Source: Candidatus Methanoperedens sp.
GTDB lineage: Archaea > Halobacteriota > Methanosarcinia > Methanosarcinales > Methanoperedenaceae
Direction of reading: 5' to 3'
DNA length: 32,000 nt
Assembly: GCA_027460535.1 (NCBI GenBank)
Contig: JAPZAR010000027.1
Span: 150,001 to 182,000 of the forward strand
The position numbers were made by a program, and so were the translations under genes. Position 1 is the stretch's first letter. Each line of letters opens with the position of its first letter. A model generated the notes under the pieces. The model worked only from the letters and a program-made list of their open reading frames with translations. It ran no database searches and was not told where the DNA came from. Shown here piece after piece: positions 1 through 8,507 of the stretch.

Positions 1-348
1 TACAATATTAGTGGCCACCACACTGCCGAGAGCTATTTTAGATAAAGTGCTTTCCTTAAAACCTTCAACTACCCCAAAATCAACTCCCTCATTGGCGAGC
101 TCATCCATAGCTGATACGAGATTATTGTCATGTGAGAATTTTACAAGTTCGCTCCCTGTAACACCTATCACCACATCAGCGCCAGCCCGGGCATGTTTCC
201 ATGTATCCGTGTCCGGCGTGTTTACGCTATGCTCCTGCATGTGTTTTACTGTTCCCACAGAACCATATTCTTTTAAAGCCTTTACAAGCAGTTCAACAAG
301 TGTGGTTTTTCCGGATTTCTTATAGCCTATGACCGAAATTATTCTCAT
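1..348 (-). CDS. mobB: MobB-like molybdopterin-guanine dinucleotide biosynthesis adapter protein (3' end cut by window edge)
   Basis: My own minus-strand translation from the ATG at 348-346 reads MRIISVIGYKKSGKTTLVELLVKALKEYGSVGTVKHMQEHSVNTPDTDTWKHARAGADVVIGVTGSELVKF... It has the P-loop GYKKSGKTT and the size and pattern typical of MobB. The frame stays open to position 1, so it is absent from the ORF track. The listed + ORF 11..325 is its antisense shadow. Confidence 0.7.
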   Translation of the reverse strand, partial: MRIISVIGYKKSGKTTLVELLVKALKEYGSVGTVKHMQEHSVNTPDTDTWKHARAGADVVIGVTGSELVKFSHDNNLVSAMDELANEGVDFGVVEGFKESTLSKIALGSVVATNIV

Positions 349-398
349 GAACCGAAACCTCATTTATGGCAGGTGCATCTTCAAAGCACTATTCATAA

Positions 399-2123
399 CT
401 ACATGGACTCAGGCGCAGTAATCCCGAGCGTATCGAGAGCATTTGCAAGCACGATACGGGAACAATCCACAAGCGCCAGGCGTGCAGTTCTGAGTTCTGG
501 CTCGGCGCCCAACACTGGAATATACCTGTAGAACTGATTGAAAGCATCCGCGAGTTCTCTTGCGTATATGGCAACAAGATTTGGTTTCAATTCACGCGCT
601 GAATTATCGATAATACTCCCGAAACTTGCCAGTTTCTTAATGAGCGCGATCTCCTGTTCCTCGAGGAGAATATTCGGGTCGTAATTCTCATAGGTAATGC
701 CTTCCGCCTGTGCATTCTTCAGGATACTGCACGCCCTTGCATGGGCATACTGGATAAAGGGCGCCCCCTGCTTTTCAAAGTCCAGAGCTTCCTTCCAATC
801 AAAAGTGGTTGCCTTTTCGGGTGAGACACGGATAATATCGTATCTTACGGCACCTATGCTCACAAAAGCTGCCACCTTTTTCTTGAATTCCTCATCGGTC
901 TCCGGGCGCTTTTTATTTACTTCTTCATACGCGGCTTTCTCAACCTGGTCTAGGAGTTCATCCGCCGAGATGAAAACGCCGCGCCGGGTGCTCATCGAAC
1001 CTTCCGGCAGCGACACGAACTCAAAGATAACAATTTCCGGTTGCGTTAAACCCAGGATACCGAGGACGGCTTTAAGCTGCGAGGAAATGAGCTTATGGTC
1101 AGCCCCGAGAATGTCGATCATCCTGTCGCAATGGGATGCCTTCCATTCATGATAAGTAAGGTCGCGTGTGGTATAGAGAGAGGTCCCGTCGGATCTCTGT
1201 ATCACCAGGGATTTCTGGATCCCTTCATTTTTCAGGTCAACCATGAGAGCCCCGTCCTTGATATCTGCCCGGCCTGTCTCTTTGATGCGCTCTATCATCC
1301 TGTTGACCTCTCCAGAGCGTACGAACCTGGATTCCCATACGAATTTATCATGATGGATATTAATGCGAAGTAGTGATTCTTTTATTCCCTCCATTGCTGC
1401 TTCAATAGCATCCTTGAATTTTCCAATTATCTCATGGTCGCCTGTCTCATACTTTTTCATTAACATGTCAACTTCAGGCGAGTGCTCTTTTTCATCAACG
1501 AGTGATTTGTTAGCATTGATATAGACCTCTGCTATGGCATGGTCTTTCTTTTTGGTATCATCGAATTTGAAGTTCGAAAGTCCCCAGACCACCACCGCGA
1601 TCTGCCTTCCCATATCGTTTATGTAATACTGGGTCTCAACATCGTAGCCCGCGCGTTTCAATATCCGGGCAAGGGTATCACCTATCACGGAGTTCCTTAT
1701 ATGGCCTATGTGCAGCGGGCCATCGGGGTTTGCCGATGTATGCTCGAGGATTATTTTTCCCCTGTTACTGAGAGTTCCAAACTCCTCCCGTTCAAGCAGA
1801 ACGCTCAAAACCGTTTCATTGAGGAAGGGACGGCTCACAAAAAAATTGATATACGGACCTTTCATTTCCGCCCTGTCGACATAGGAATCCGGCGGTATTT
1901 TGATATTCGTATAAATTATTTCACTTATCTCTTTTGGGCTTCGCCTGTATTTTGGAGCCAGCTTGAATGCCACGGAAGATGCAATGTCTGCATGAGGCGA
2001 ATCACTTAAAGCTATATCTTCTGTTTCAAACCCTGCTTTCTCCAGAGCTATCGATAAAATCGACGATACCTCATTCTTGAACTTTAGAAACATAAACAGG
2101 GCTAACATACAAGCCAAGTACAT
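399..2123 (-). CDS. argS: Arginine--tRNA ligase (arginyl-tRNA synthetase)
   Basis: 574-aa ORF with class I aaRS signatures (SANPDGPLHIGHIRN = HIGH motif; MSTRRG = KMSKS-type motif) and a C-terminal DALR-like anticodon-binding region (ALIKKL..., RLALV...). The true start may be an internal Met (2108 or 2093), because an A/T-rich TATA-like box lies only about 15-20 nt upstream of 2123. Confidence 0.95.
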   Translation of the reverse strand: MYLACMLALFMFLKFKNEVSSILSIALEKAGFETEDIALSDSPHADIASSVAFKLAPKYRRSPKEISEIIYTNIKIPPDSYVDRAEMKGPYINFFVSRPFLNETVLSVLLEREEFGTLSNRGKIILEHTSANPDGPLHIGHIRNSVIGDTLARILKRAGYDVETQYYINDMGRQIAVVVWGLSNFKFDDTKKKDHAIAEVYINANKSLVDEKEHSPEVDMLMKKYETGDHEIIGKFKDAIEAAMEGIKESLLRINIHHDKFVWESRFVRSGEVNRMIERIKETGRADIKDGALMVDLKNEGIQKSLVIQRSDGTSLYTTRDLTYHEWKASHCDRMIDILGADHKLISSQLKAVLGILGLTQPEIVIFEFVSLPEGSMSTRRGVFISADELLDQVEKAAYEEVNKKRPETDEEFKKKVAAFVSIGAVRYDIIRVSPEKATTFDWKEALDFEKQGAPFIQYAHARACSILKNAQAEGITYENYDPNILLEEQEIALIKKLASFGSIIDNSARELKPNLVAIYARELADAFNQFYRYIPVLGAEPELRTARLALVDCSRIVLANALDTLGITAPESM

Positions 2124-2168
2124 AATTTTTTCTTAAATTTATACAATGAGATTGGTAACTAATATGAT

Positions 2169-2200
2169 AACAATGTTGATTTGTTGTGAACATTGTTGAT
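2169..2200. promoter_or_regulatory. Two copies of a palindromic box AACAWTGTTGAT in the argS / nrdH-nrdD divergent intergenic region (candidate operator)
   Basis: aacaatgttgat (2169-2180) and aacattgttgat (2189-2200) start 20 bp apart. Each has an AACA-N-TGTT palindromic core. They are flanked by a second direct repeat, tggtaacWaat, at about 2153 and about 2208. No protein partner is identifiable. Confidence 0.25.
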
Positions 2201-2304
2201 AAACTACCTGGTAACAAATTAATAATTTATTATATTCAAACTTGGTTTGGAAAACCATTATATGCCTTGAAATGCACTTCTCTCTTTTACTAGGAGACGC
2301 AGCA

Positions 2305-2562
2305 ATGCAAGACATCCTGATCTACTCTACCAAAAATTGTCCAAATTGCAGGGTACTAAAGCAATTTATTGAAAAAAAGAACATACAATACAAAGAGGTA
2401 GACATGGCTACACCCGCAGCGCTCACTGAACTTCGGATCAACGGCGTATTCACGATGGCTGCGCCGGTGCTCCAGATAGGTAATAAGTTCTATACGACCG
2501 GTGATCTATTCAGCCAGGACAGGATCGACCAGAGCAAGCTGGAAACACTCCTTAAAACTTAG
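2305..2562 (+). CDS. nrdH: NrdH/glutaredoxin-like small redoxin (CxxC)
   Basis: MQDILIYSTKNCPNCRVLKQFIEKKNIQYKEVD... has the thioredoxin-fold CPNC motif and a size of about 85 aa. An AGGAG box lies 6-10 nt upstream of the ATG at 2305. The ORF track starts earlier, at the TTG at 2242. The gene sits directly upstream of nrdD. Confidence 0.75.
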   Translation: MQDILIYSTKNCPNCRVLKQFIEKKNIQYKEVDMATPAALTELRINGVFTMAAPVLQIGNKFYTTGDLFSQDRIDQSKLETLLKT

Positions 2563-2612
2563 TCAAACATTTTCCGGTAAGCACGGTAGACATTAAAAAG
2601 GAGGAATGTCAG

Positions 2613-5006
2613 ATGGGTAAATATATCGAGGTTCAAGCATCGAATCTCATAGAAGAAAATAAGGAAGAGCTGGCGTACGCGTTGAAAGAGGCGCGCCAGT
2701 CTCTCGAAAGCCAGGGGAGAAACAGGGCGGCAAGAGATATCCAGACCATCCAGAAAACGCTTGGAGGCTATTCTGTCTCCGTAATACCCAAAGTCAGGAC
2801 AACGGACGGACACCTGATGGACTGGGACAGGAACACCATAATCAAACAGCTTTTGAAAGAAACAAAGCTGAGCGAGCAGTTCCACGGAAAAGCATCCATC
2901 ACAGAAGAGGAAGCCAGGGAAATAGCGAAGGAAACTGAGAAACGAATAAAAGATATGGGCGTAAAATTCCTGTCAGGCCCGCTTGTGCGTGAACTGGTCA
3001 ATATAATACTTCTTGAACGCGGTCACACTGAATGGCGGAATATCTCAACGAGGGTTGGCACACCGGTTTACGATGCCTATAAGATAGACATGGGCACGGG
3101 TTTTGAGAAAAACGATAATGCCAACCTGCAGGAGAACGCCGAAACCTCCCATAAAAAGAAAGCGGATAAGATGAGCAAAGAGCAGTACCTTCTCATGGTG
3201 CCGCCGAAACTTGCGGATGCGCATCTTAACGGCGATATTCACATCCACGACCTGGAATACCTCGGAACACGCGCCTTCTGCCAGGACTGGGACCTTCGAT
3301 ACTTCTTCTACTACGGTCTCATGCCCGATGGCAGCGGAACAAAAGCAAGCGTGGCTGGACCCGCTAAAAAAGCCGAGGTTGCCATACTGCATGCAGTGAA
3401 GGCTCTTGGCAGCGCGCAGACAAATTTCGCGGGCGGCCAGGGATTCTATAATTTCCTCACTTTCATTGCACCTTATTTTGAGGGCATGACCTACGGCGAG
3501 ATAGAGCAGCTCATGCAGATGTTCGTTTATGAAATGACACAGATGATGGTGGCCCGGGGCGGACAGCTGGTCTTTTCCTCCGTCCAGCTCTCCCCCGGCG
3601 TCCCCGGATTGTGGCGCGACAAACCTGTGGTTTACAAAGGGAAGGTCTTTGACGGCAAGCAGGCACCTCTGCGCACATACGGCGAGTTCGAGCGCGAGGT
3701 GCGCCTGAGCTTTGAGGCATTGATGAACGTGATGCTGAAAGGAGATTACTGGGGGAAACCCTTCAACTTCCCCAAACCCGAGATAAGCATAGAACCCGAC
3801 TTCATGGTCGAGGACGAGGAATACAACCGCATGCATCCAGAGCTTCTGAGCTACGACGAACTCTATACCAAGGCGTTCGAGCTTGCTGCCAAGTACGGAG
3901 CGCCGTATTTTGATAACCAGCTGCCCGAGTACCGCGGCGCTGGGAAGGGCATAAGCTGCTACCAGTGCTGCGCCTATAACTTCTCTTCTTCCAGCGAAAA
4001 GGACTCGGAGTTCGAGGACAAGCTGTATTTCAGGGACGGAAAGCATTTCTCGATGGGCGCCTGGCAGGTCGTTTCGGTTAACTGCCCGCGCGCTGCTTAC
4101 AAGGCGCAGAAGGACGATGATGCGCTCTTCGGGGAGCTCAAGAATCTGATGGACCTGAGCATTGAACTCTTCAAGGTGAAGCGAAAGTGGATGGACATCA
4201 TAATCAAGAACAACAGGATGCCCTTTGCCACGCAGAGACCCAAGGACCCGATAACCATGGGCAAGGGCGAGATCGCCGTGGATATGAAGGGGCTCGTGTA
4301 CACCATAGGCGTTGTCGGGATCAACGAGATGGTGCAGTACCATACGGGCAAGCAGATCTATGAGAGCGATGATGCGCGCCGACTCGCCATCAGGGCGATG
4401 TTCGAGATGAAGTTTTACGCGAAGGAACTCTCACAGAAGCACGGTATGGAGATAGCCCTCGCAAGAACACCTGCCGAGACAACAGCGCAGCGCTTTGCAG
4501 TGTCGGATCTGCTGCACAAGGAATACAGGAAATGCGCAGAGCCCATAATCAAAGGCAACGTACCCGAGGCCCTGGCACGCATACATGAGACGCGCGACCT
4601 CCCGGTGTATTACACCAACGGTACGCACGTGCCCCCGGGCGCCGATGTGTCGCTCCCCCAGCGCATCAAGCTTGAGGAGACCTTCTTCCCCATAGTGGAC
4701 GGGGGCAACATACTGCACATCTGGTTAGGAGAAGCTGCGCCAGACCCCCACGGGCTCAAGGAGTTCGCCATGAACATAGCCAAGAACACGCAGGTGGGTT
4801 ATTTTGCATTCACGAAGGACATGACGGTGTGCATGGATGATTTCCATGTTGCTTCCGGTTTGTTGGAGGAATGCCCCAATTGCGAGAGTGAGAATGTGGA
4901 GCATCTTAGTCGTGTTACTGGGTATATACAGGCTGTTTCTGGATGGAATGAGGGAAAGAAGCAGGAGCTGAAGGACAGGAAGAGATACGGGGTGGGAGGG
5001 ATGTGA
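2613..5006 (+). CDS. nrdD: Anaerobic (class III) ribonucleoside-triphosphate reductase
   Basis: 797 aa. It has an N-terminal ATP-cone-like segment and a large glycyl-radical enzyme barrel. The C-terminus has a Zn-ribbon plus glycyl radical motif (CPNCESENVEHLSRVTGYIQAVSGWNEGK). A GGAGGA RBS lies upstream. Confidence 0.95.
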   Translation: MGKYIEVQASNLIEENKEELAYALKEARQSLESQGRNRAARDIQTIQKTLGGYSVSVIPKVRTTDGHLMDWDRNTIIKQLLKETKLSEQFHGKASITEEEAREIAKETEKRIKDMGVKFLSGPLVRELVNIILLERGHTEWRNISTRVGTPVYDAYKIDMGTGFEKNDNANLQENAETSHKKKADKMSKEQYLLMVPPKLADAHLNGDIHIHDLEYLGTRAFCQDWDLRYFFYYGLMPDGSGTKASVAGPAKKAEVAILHAVKALGSAQTNFAGGQGFYNFLTFIAPYFEGMTYGEIEQLMQMFVYEMTQMMVARGGQLVFSSVQLSPGVPGLWRDKPVVYKGKVFDGKQAPLRTYGEFEREVRLSFEALMNVMLKGDYWGKPFNFPKPEISIEPDFMVEDEEYNRMHPELLSYDELYTKAFELAAKYGAPYFDNQLPEYRGAGKGISCYQCCAYNFSSSSEKDSEFEDKLYFRDGKHFSMGAWQVVSVNCPRAAYKAQKDDDALFGELKNLMDLSIELFKVKRKWMDIIIKNNRMPFATQRPKDPITMGKGEIAVDMKGLVYTIGVVGINEMVQYHTGKQIYESDDARRLAIRAMFEMKFYAKELSQKHGMEIALARTPAETTAQRFAVSDLLHKEYRKCAEPIIKGNVPEALARIHETRDLPVYYTNGTHVPPGADVSLPQRIKLEETFFPIVDGGNILHIWLGEAAPDPHGLKEFAMNIAKNTQVGYFAFTKDMTVCMDDFHVASGLLEECPNCESENVEHLSRVTGYIQAVSGWNEGKKQELKDRKRYGVGGM

Positions 5007-5210
5007 TGATGAAGTGGATTGACAAATTAATTGCAATCCTTGCCACAAATAATGCAACTGGACGGTTCCGTCAAATTGGTCTTTGCAAGAATGAGGACCG
5101 AAACATGAGCAAAAGTCAATCGCTAAAAAGAAACAATGGAAGAACAGTTACGCCTGCATGTATACCGCCAGAACCCATGACACACAAGATGCGCGTAAGG
5201 GAGAGGTAAG

Positions 5211-5609
5211 ATGAATATCCGCCGACATAGAGCCATCCGGTTAGTTTCGGTTTTTATTCTTCTTAGTCTGTACGGTTTTACTCTACTGACTACAAGAAGT
5301 ATAGGTAGTGCCCCACCGTCCACACCTGTTGTAACACAGTCAGGTTCTTCTCCGTCCTATACAGATCTAACAACCCAAGTCAATAATTTGCAGAGCCTGA
5401 CAGATTATTACAAAAATCAGACGCAGTATTATCAAAATCTATATGAAAATGAATCACCGAACACCTCCAATAAAAATGTTAACGAAATTCGAGATAACAT
5501 AGTCACAATAAATCAAAATATTCTTCAGGTTAATCAGAATATAGAAGCTATTCAAAATAATATATTTAACTCTAATCAGTTCCTTTATACGAACTTAAGA
5601 TATACATAG
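5211..5609 (+). CDS. Hypothetical membrane-anchored/secreted Asn/Gln-rich coiled-coil protein
   Basis: N-terminal hydrophobic segment (LVSVFILLSLYGFTLLT), followed by N/Q-rich heptad-like sequence. A GGAGAGG RBS lies upstream. The gene is AT-rich. No recognisable family. Confidence 0.45.
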   Translation: MNIRRHRAIRLVSVFILLSLYGFTLLTTRSIGSAPPSTPVVTQSGSSPSYTDLTTQVNNLQSLTDYYKNQTQYYQNLYENESPNTSNKNVNEIRDNIVTINQNILQVNQNIEAIQNNIFNSNQFLYTNLRYT

Positions 5610-5627
5610 AAAGAAAGAATAAAAAGA

Positions 5628-6596
5628 ATGAAAAATGAAAAAATTCAAGAGCAAGTTGTCATAAAATTTTTAAAGGTTTTCAAATATGCTTTATTGTTTT
5701 CGCTCTCAATATACCTGATTACATCTGCTTGGGTTCCCACTTTCTTTGATCTTATTTATGGCGAAGAAGTTATTAATCATGCTATGGCAAGATACATAGC
5801 GAATACTACCGACCCAGATAAGAAAGCTTTAGCAATAATGGGATGGGAAAAACAATACTTTTACAATCCATATTCACTCTATAATCCAAACTCTACCGCG
5901 CAGAAATTTGGAATCTTCAATGTAAATGGAGATTATAGATTGTTTGGAGCTCGACCGGCTCCCGTTTCTTGGATAATCTACTCGAGATTGGCAAACTGTG
6001 AAGAATATGCACGAGTTTTTGTTACTATGATGAACAAAGCGGGTATAGAATCAAGGTTAATCACTGCACCTGGAGAAGATCATGCTTGGGCCGAATACAT
6101 GCACGATGGTTACAGAATCGCTGTAGATCCTTCCCAAAACTATGTAATCGGAAGTCATAAAAGAGAATTTGAAAAGATTATGAGTGTGAAATTCTCGTAC
6201 CTAGAGGCGATAGATCCGCAAGGCAACAAAATAGATGCGTCCGATGAATATATCAAAAGAGGCAATTTAACTATTGTTGTTCTTGATAATGGGAAGCCAG
6301 TTAGCAACGCACAAGTTATGATTCAGAATCCATATTTGATGGAAAGTAGAAGTGACAGATATAAAAAACCAATTCCAGTGCTCCTAAAATCAACGGGAAA
6401 TGAGGGAACTGCTTCTTTTAAACTTGGATATCAAAAATACAATGTAACTGTGAGAGTAAATCACATATACTTACTAGATTCAGTGTACCAAAAAAATGTT
6501 ACAGTTAAAAATGATAAAGAAAATGTATTGGATTTTAATTTGGAAGATGATGAAAAAAATAATGAGTTATTTATATCAAGGATATATGAAAGTTAA
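5628..6596 (+). CDS. Transglutaminase-like (Cys-His-Asp) domain protein with N-terminal TM segment
   Basis: LANCEEYARVFVTMMNKAGIESRLITAPGEDHAWAEYMHDGYRIAVDPS matches the transglutaminase-core pattern (C..[FY]A ... G[IV]..R ... HAW.E ... D). An N-terminal TM helix and a C-terminal beta-rich region are also present. Confidence 0.65.
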   Translation: MKNEKIQEQVVIKFLKVFKYALLFSLSIYLITSAWVPTFFDLIYGEEVINHAMARYIANTTDPDKKALAIMGWEKQYFYNPYSLYNPNSTAQKFGIFNVNGDYRLFGARPAPVSWIIYSRLANCEEYARVFVTMMNKAGIESRLITAPGEDHAWAEYMHDGYRIAVDPSQNYVIGSHKREFEKIMSVKFSYLEAIDPQGNKIDASDEYIKRGNLTIVVLDNGKPVSNAQVMIQNPYLMESRSDRYKKPIPVLLKSTGNEGTASFKLGYQKYNVTVRVNHIYLLDSVYQKNVTVKNDKENVLDFNLEDDEKNNELFISRIYES

Positions 6597-6689
6597 TATT
6601 TTTATGGATAGTAAAATTCATGCCATTTTACCAGAAGCGTCGGACATTAATCTCCATATATTTATAAATAACTGGTGCAACCTTGTTCC

Positions 6690-6866
6690 TGCGCCGACAG
6701 CGAGCCTGCCCCGCGCAGGTCATGTGCAGACCCGGCACAATAAATCTGCGTTCATCCACGGTTCGTTTTTTGTGGAAGCTCCGGCACACCATCGTTGCGC
6801 AAACTTGCTATATGCGCACATTCCGAAATTCGTTGTCTTTGCGACCTTTGCGTTCTCTGCGATGAG
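6690..6866. repeat. Compact copy of the GC-rich intergenic repeat family (see 12821..13420)
   Basis: tgcagacccggcacaataaatctgcgttcatcc (6725-6757) matches tacagacccggcacaacaaatctgcgttcatcc (12883-12913). The segment acggttcgttttttgtggaagc matches gcggttcgttttttgcggaagc. The 3 x 9-bp run gtctttgcg/acctttgcg/ttctctgcg (6835-6861) matches 13074-13100. Confidence 0.7.
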
Positions 6867-7193
6867 AAGATTAACTCCGCAATGCACACCAGGAGAGCAA
6901 AATATTCATAGACTAAACAAAGCGACAGAGATGACAAAAATGACAACACCGCCGGCGAGCGGCAGGATCAAAGTACATCCGCTGATTACAATATTTCATC
7001 CGCACTGTGAATACTTTCACATCCCTCTCCAAGAATATAATAACAAGCTAACATAGACATATGCAAAATAACCCATAATCATGCCCTCAGATACACCCCT
7101 CAGTACATTCATCAAATCGAAATATGGCTCGCTATTTGAGGAGTGTCTCAGCGCGGTTCACCGGCTCATAGTTGTTATGGAGGCAAAGAACTG

Positions 7194-8507
7194 ATGGCAA
7201 AACACATGCATGAAATCCGCGATCCACTGCACGTTTTCATTCGCCTCGATTCGGATGAGAGGAAGGTACTTAATTCTCGTCCATTCCAGCGCCTCCGATA
7301 TATTCATCAGCTTGGTTTAACGTATCTTCTATATCCAGGGGCAACCCATAGAAGGTTTGAACACTCGCTGGGTGTTATGGAATTGGCTGGACGGGTCTAT
7401 GATACTGTAACTGAGCCATCCAATATATTCCATGAATCCGTTAGAAGTGTCGTACCTGCACACAATTCATATGAACATACATATTGGCGCCGGGTTCTTC
7501 GCATGGCGGCTCTATGTCATGATATCGGGCACTTGCCGTTTTCCCATACAGCCGAAGAATATCTGCTTCCTGATGGTTGGGATCATGAACGTCTCACTTT
7601 AGAGATTATCAGAAGCGAGGAACTGGAATCTATTTGGAAGGAGATCAAGATACAATCAGATGATGTTGCAAAACTTGCCGTAGGTCCCAAGAAATATAAG
7701 GATTCTTCTTTCACGGATTGGGAGGCAATTCTTTCTGAAATAATCGTGGGCGATGCTTTTGGGGTTGACCGAATGGACTACTTGATACGAGATTCTCACC
7801 ATGTGGGAGTAGCTTACGGAAAGTTCGATCATTACCGACTTATTGATACTATGCGTATTCTACCCAAAGAAGAGGATGGTTCTGCAGAACCCGCCCTTGG
7901 CATAGAAGAAGGCGGTTTGCACTCAGCGGAAGCACTGGTACTGGCAAGATACTTTATGTATACACAACTATACTACCATCATGTCAGGCGGATCTATGAT
8001 ATTCATTTGAGAGACTTCCTCAAGAAATGGTTCCCCAACGGATACTTACCCATCGAGATCGAGGAACATCTACGGATGACAGACAACGAAATATCAGTAG
8101 AGTTATTTAAGGCAGCCAGAGACGAAAAACATCCAGGACATGATCCAGCGCGACGTATAATTAATCGAGAGCATTTCAGATTGTTATATCAGAGGAACCC
8201 TAATGATATCGTAAAAAATCCCGAAGCTGGCAAATTAATCTTCGACGAGGCATGCAAAAAGTTCGGTGAGGCAAATGTGAGATATGATACCTACAAGCAA
8301 AAGGGTAGTGGTCTTAACTTTCCCGTACTGCTCTCTATAGATGGCCGCATATCATCATCCCTGGCAATGTCGGAGGTATTAAAGACTGTTCCCATCGTCG
8401 CAGTAGATTATGTCTTTATCAATCCTGATTATCGAAAAGAGGCTGAAAAATGGTTAAAAGAAAAGCGTGAAGCTATAATTACAAAGAAGGAGGGCGAAAA
8501 AATATGA
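7194..8507 (+). CDS. SAMHD1/EF1143-type HD-domain phosphohydrolase (putative dNTP triphosphohydrolase, COG1078-like)
   Basis: Motifs RFEHSLGV, CHDIGHLPFSH and DRMDYLIRDSHHVGV line up with the H...HD...D metal site of SAMHD1-like dNTPases. The ATG at 7194 has a GGAGG box 8 nt upstream. The ORF track starts at the GTG at 7143. Confidence 0.8.
   Translation: MAKHMHEIRDPLHVFIRLDSDERKVLNSRPFQRLRYIHQLGLTYLLYPGATHRRFEHSLGVMELAGRVYDTVTEPSNIFHESVRSVVPAHNSYEHTYWRRVLRMAALCHDIGHLPFSHTAEEYLLPDGWDHERLTLEIIRSEELESIWKEIKIQSDDVAKLAVGPKKYKDSSFTDWEAILSEIIVGDAFGVDRMDYLIRDSHHVGVAYGKFDHYRLIDTMRILPKEEDGSAEPALGIEEGGLHSAEALVLARYFMYTQLYYHHVRRIYDIHLRDFLKKWFPNGYLPIEIEEHLRMTDNEISVELFKAARDEKHPGHDPARRIINREHFRLLYQRNPNDIVKNPEAGKLIFDEACKKFGEANVRYDTYKQKGSGLNFPVLLSIDGRISSSLAMSEVLKTVPIVAVDYVFINPDYRKEAEKWLKEKREAIITKKEGEKI

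Noticed and set aside
11-325. 104-aa + strand ORF at the left edge
   Set aside because: The sequence is low-complexity and Ser/Thr/Pro-rich with no motif. The opposite strand encodes a convincing MobB-like P-loop protein across the same bases, so this is an antisense shadow ORF.
3045-4343. 432-aa minus-strand ORF (plus 697..1152, 1539..2009, 15840..16454, 15850..16395, 22262..22993, 30323..30844 and similar)
   Set aside because: All lie antisense within strongly supported genes (nrdD, argS, cimA, hmgA, the HEAT-DAC gene). They have biased, motif-free composition typical of shadow ORFs.
5003-5209. 68-aa ORF right after nrdD as a possible NrdG activase
   Set aside because: It is too short, has no CxxxCxxC radical SAM motif and no RBS, and its sequence is basic and low-complexity.
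6496-7056. 186-aa + ORF spanning the TGase gene end and the repeat copy
   Set aside because: It overlaps the better-supported 5628..6596 CDS out of frame, then runs through the GC-rich repeat. It has no motif and is probably an artefact of stop-poor GC-rich DNA. The same applies to 6683..6865, 6752..6949, 12741..13043, 13052..13318 and 13201..13512 within repeat units.
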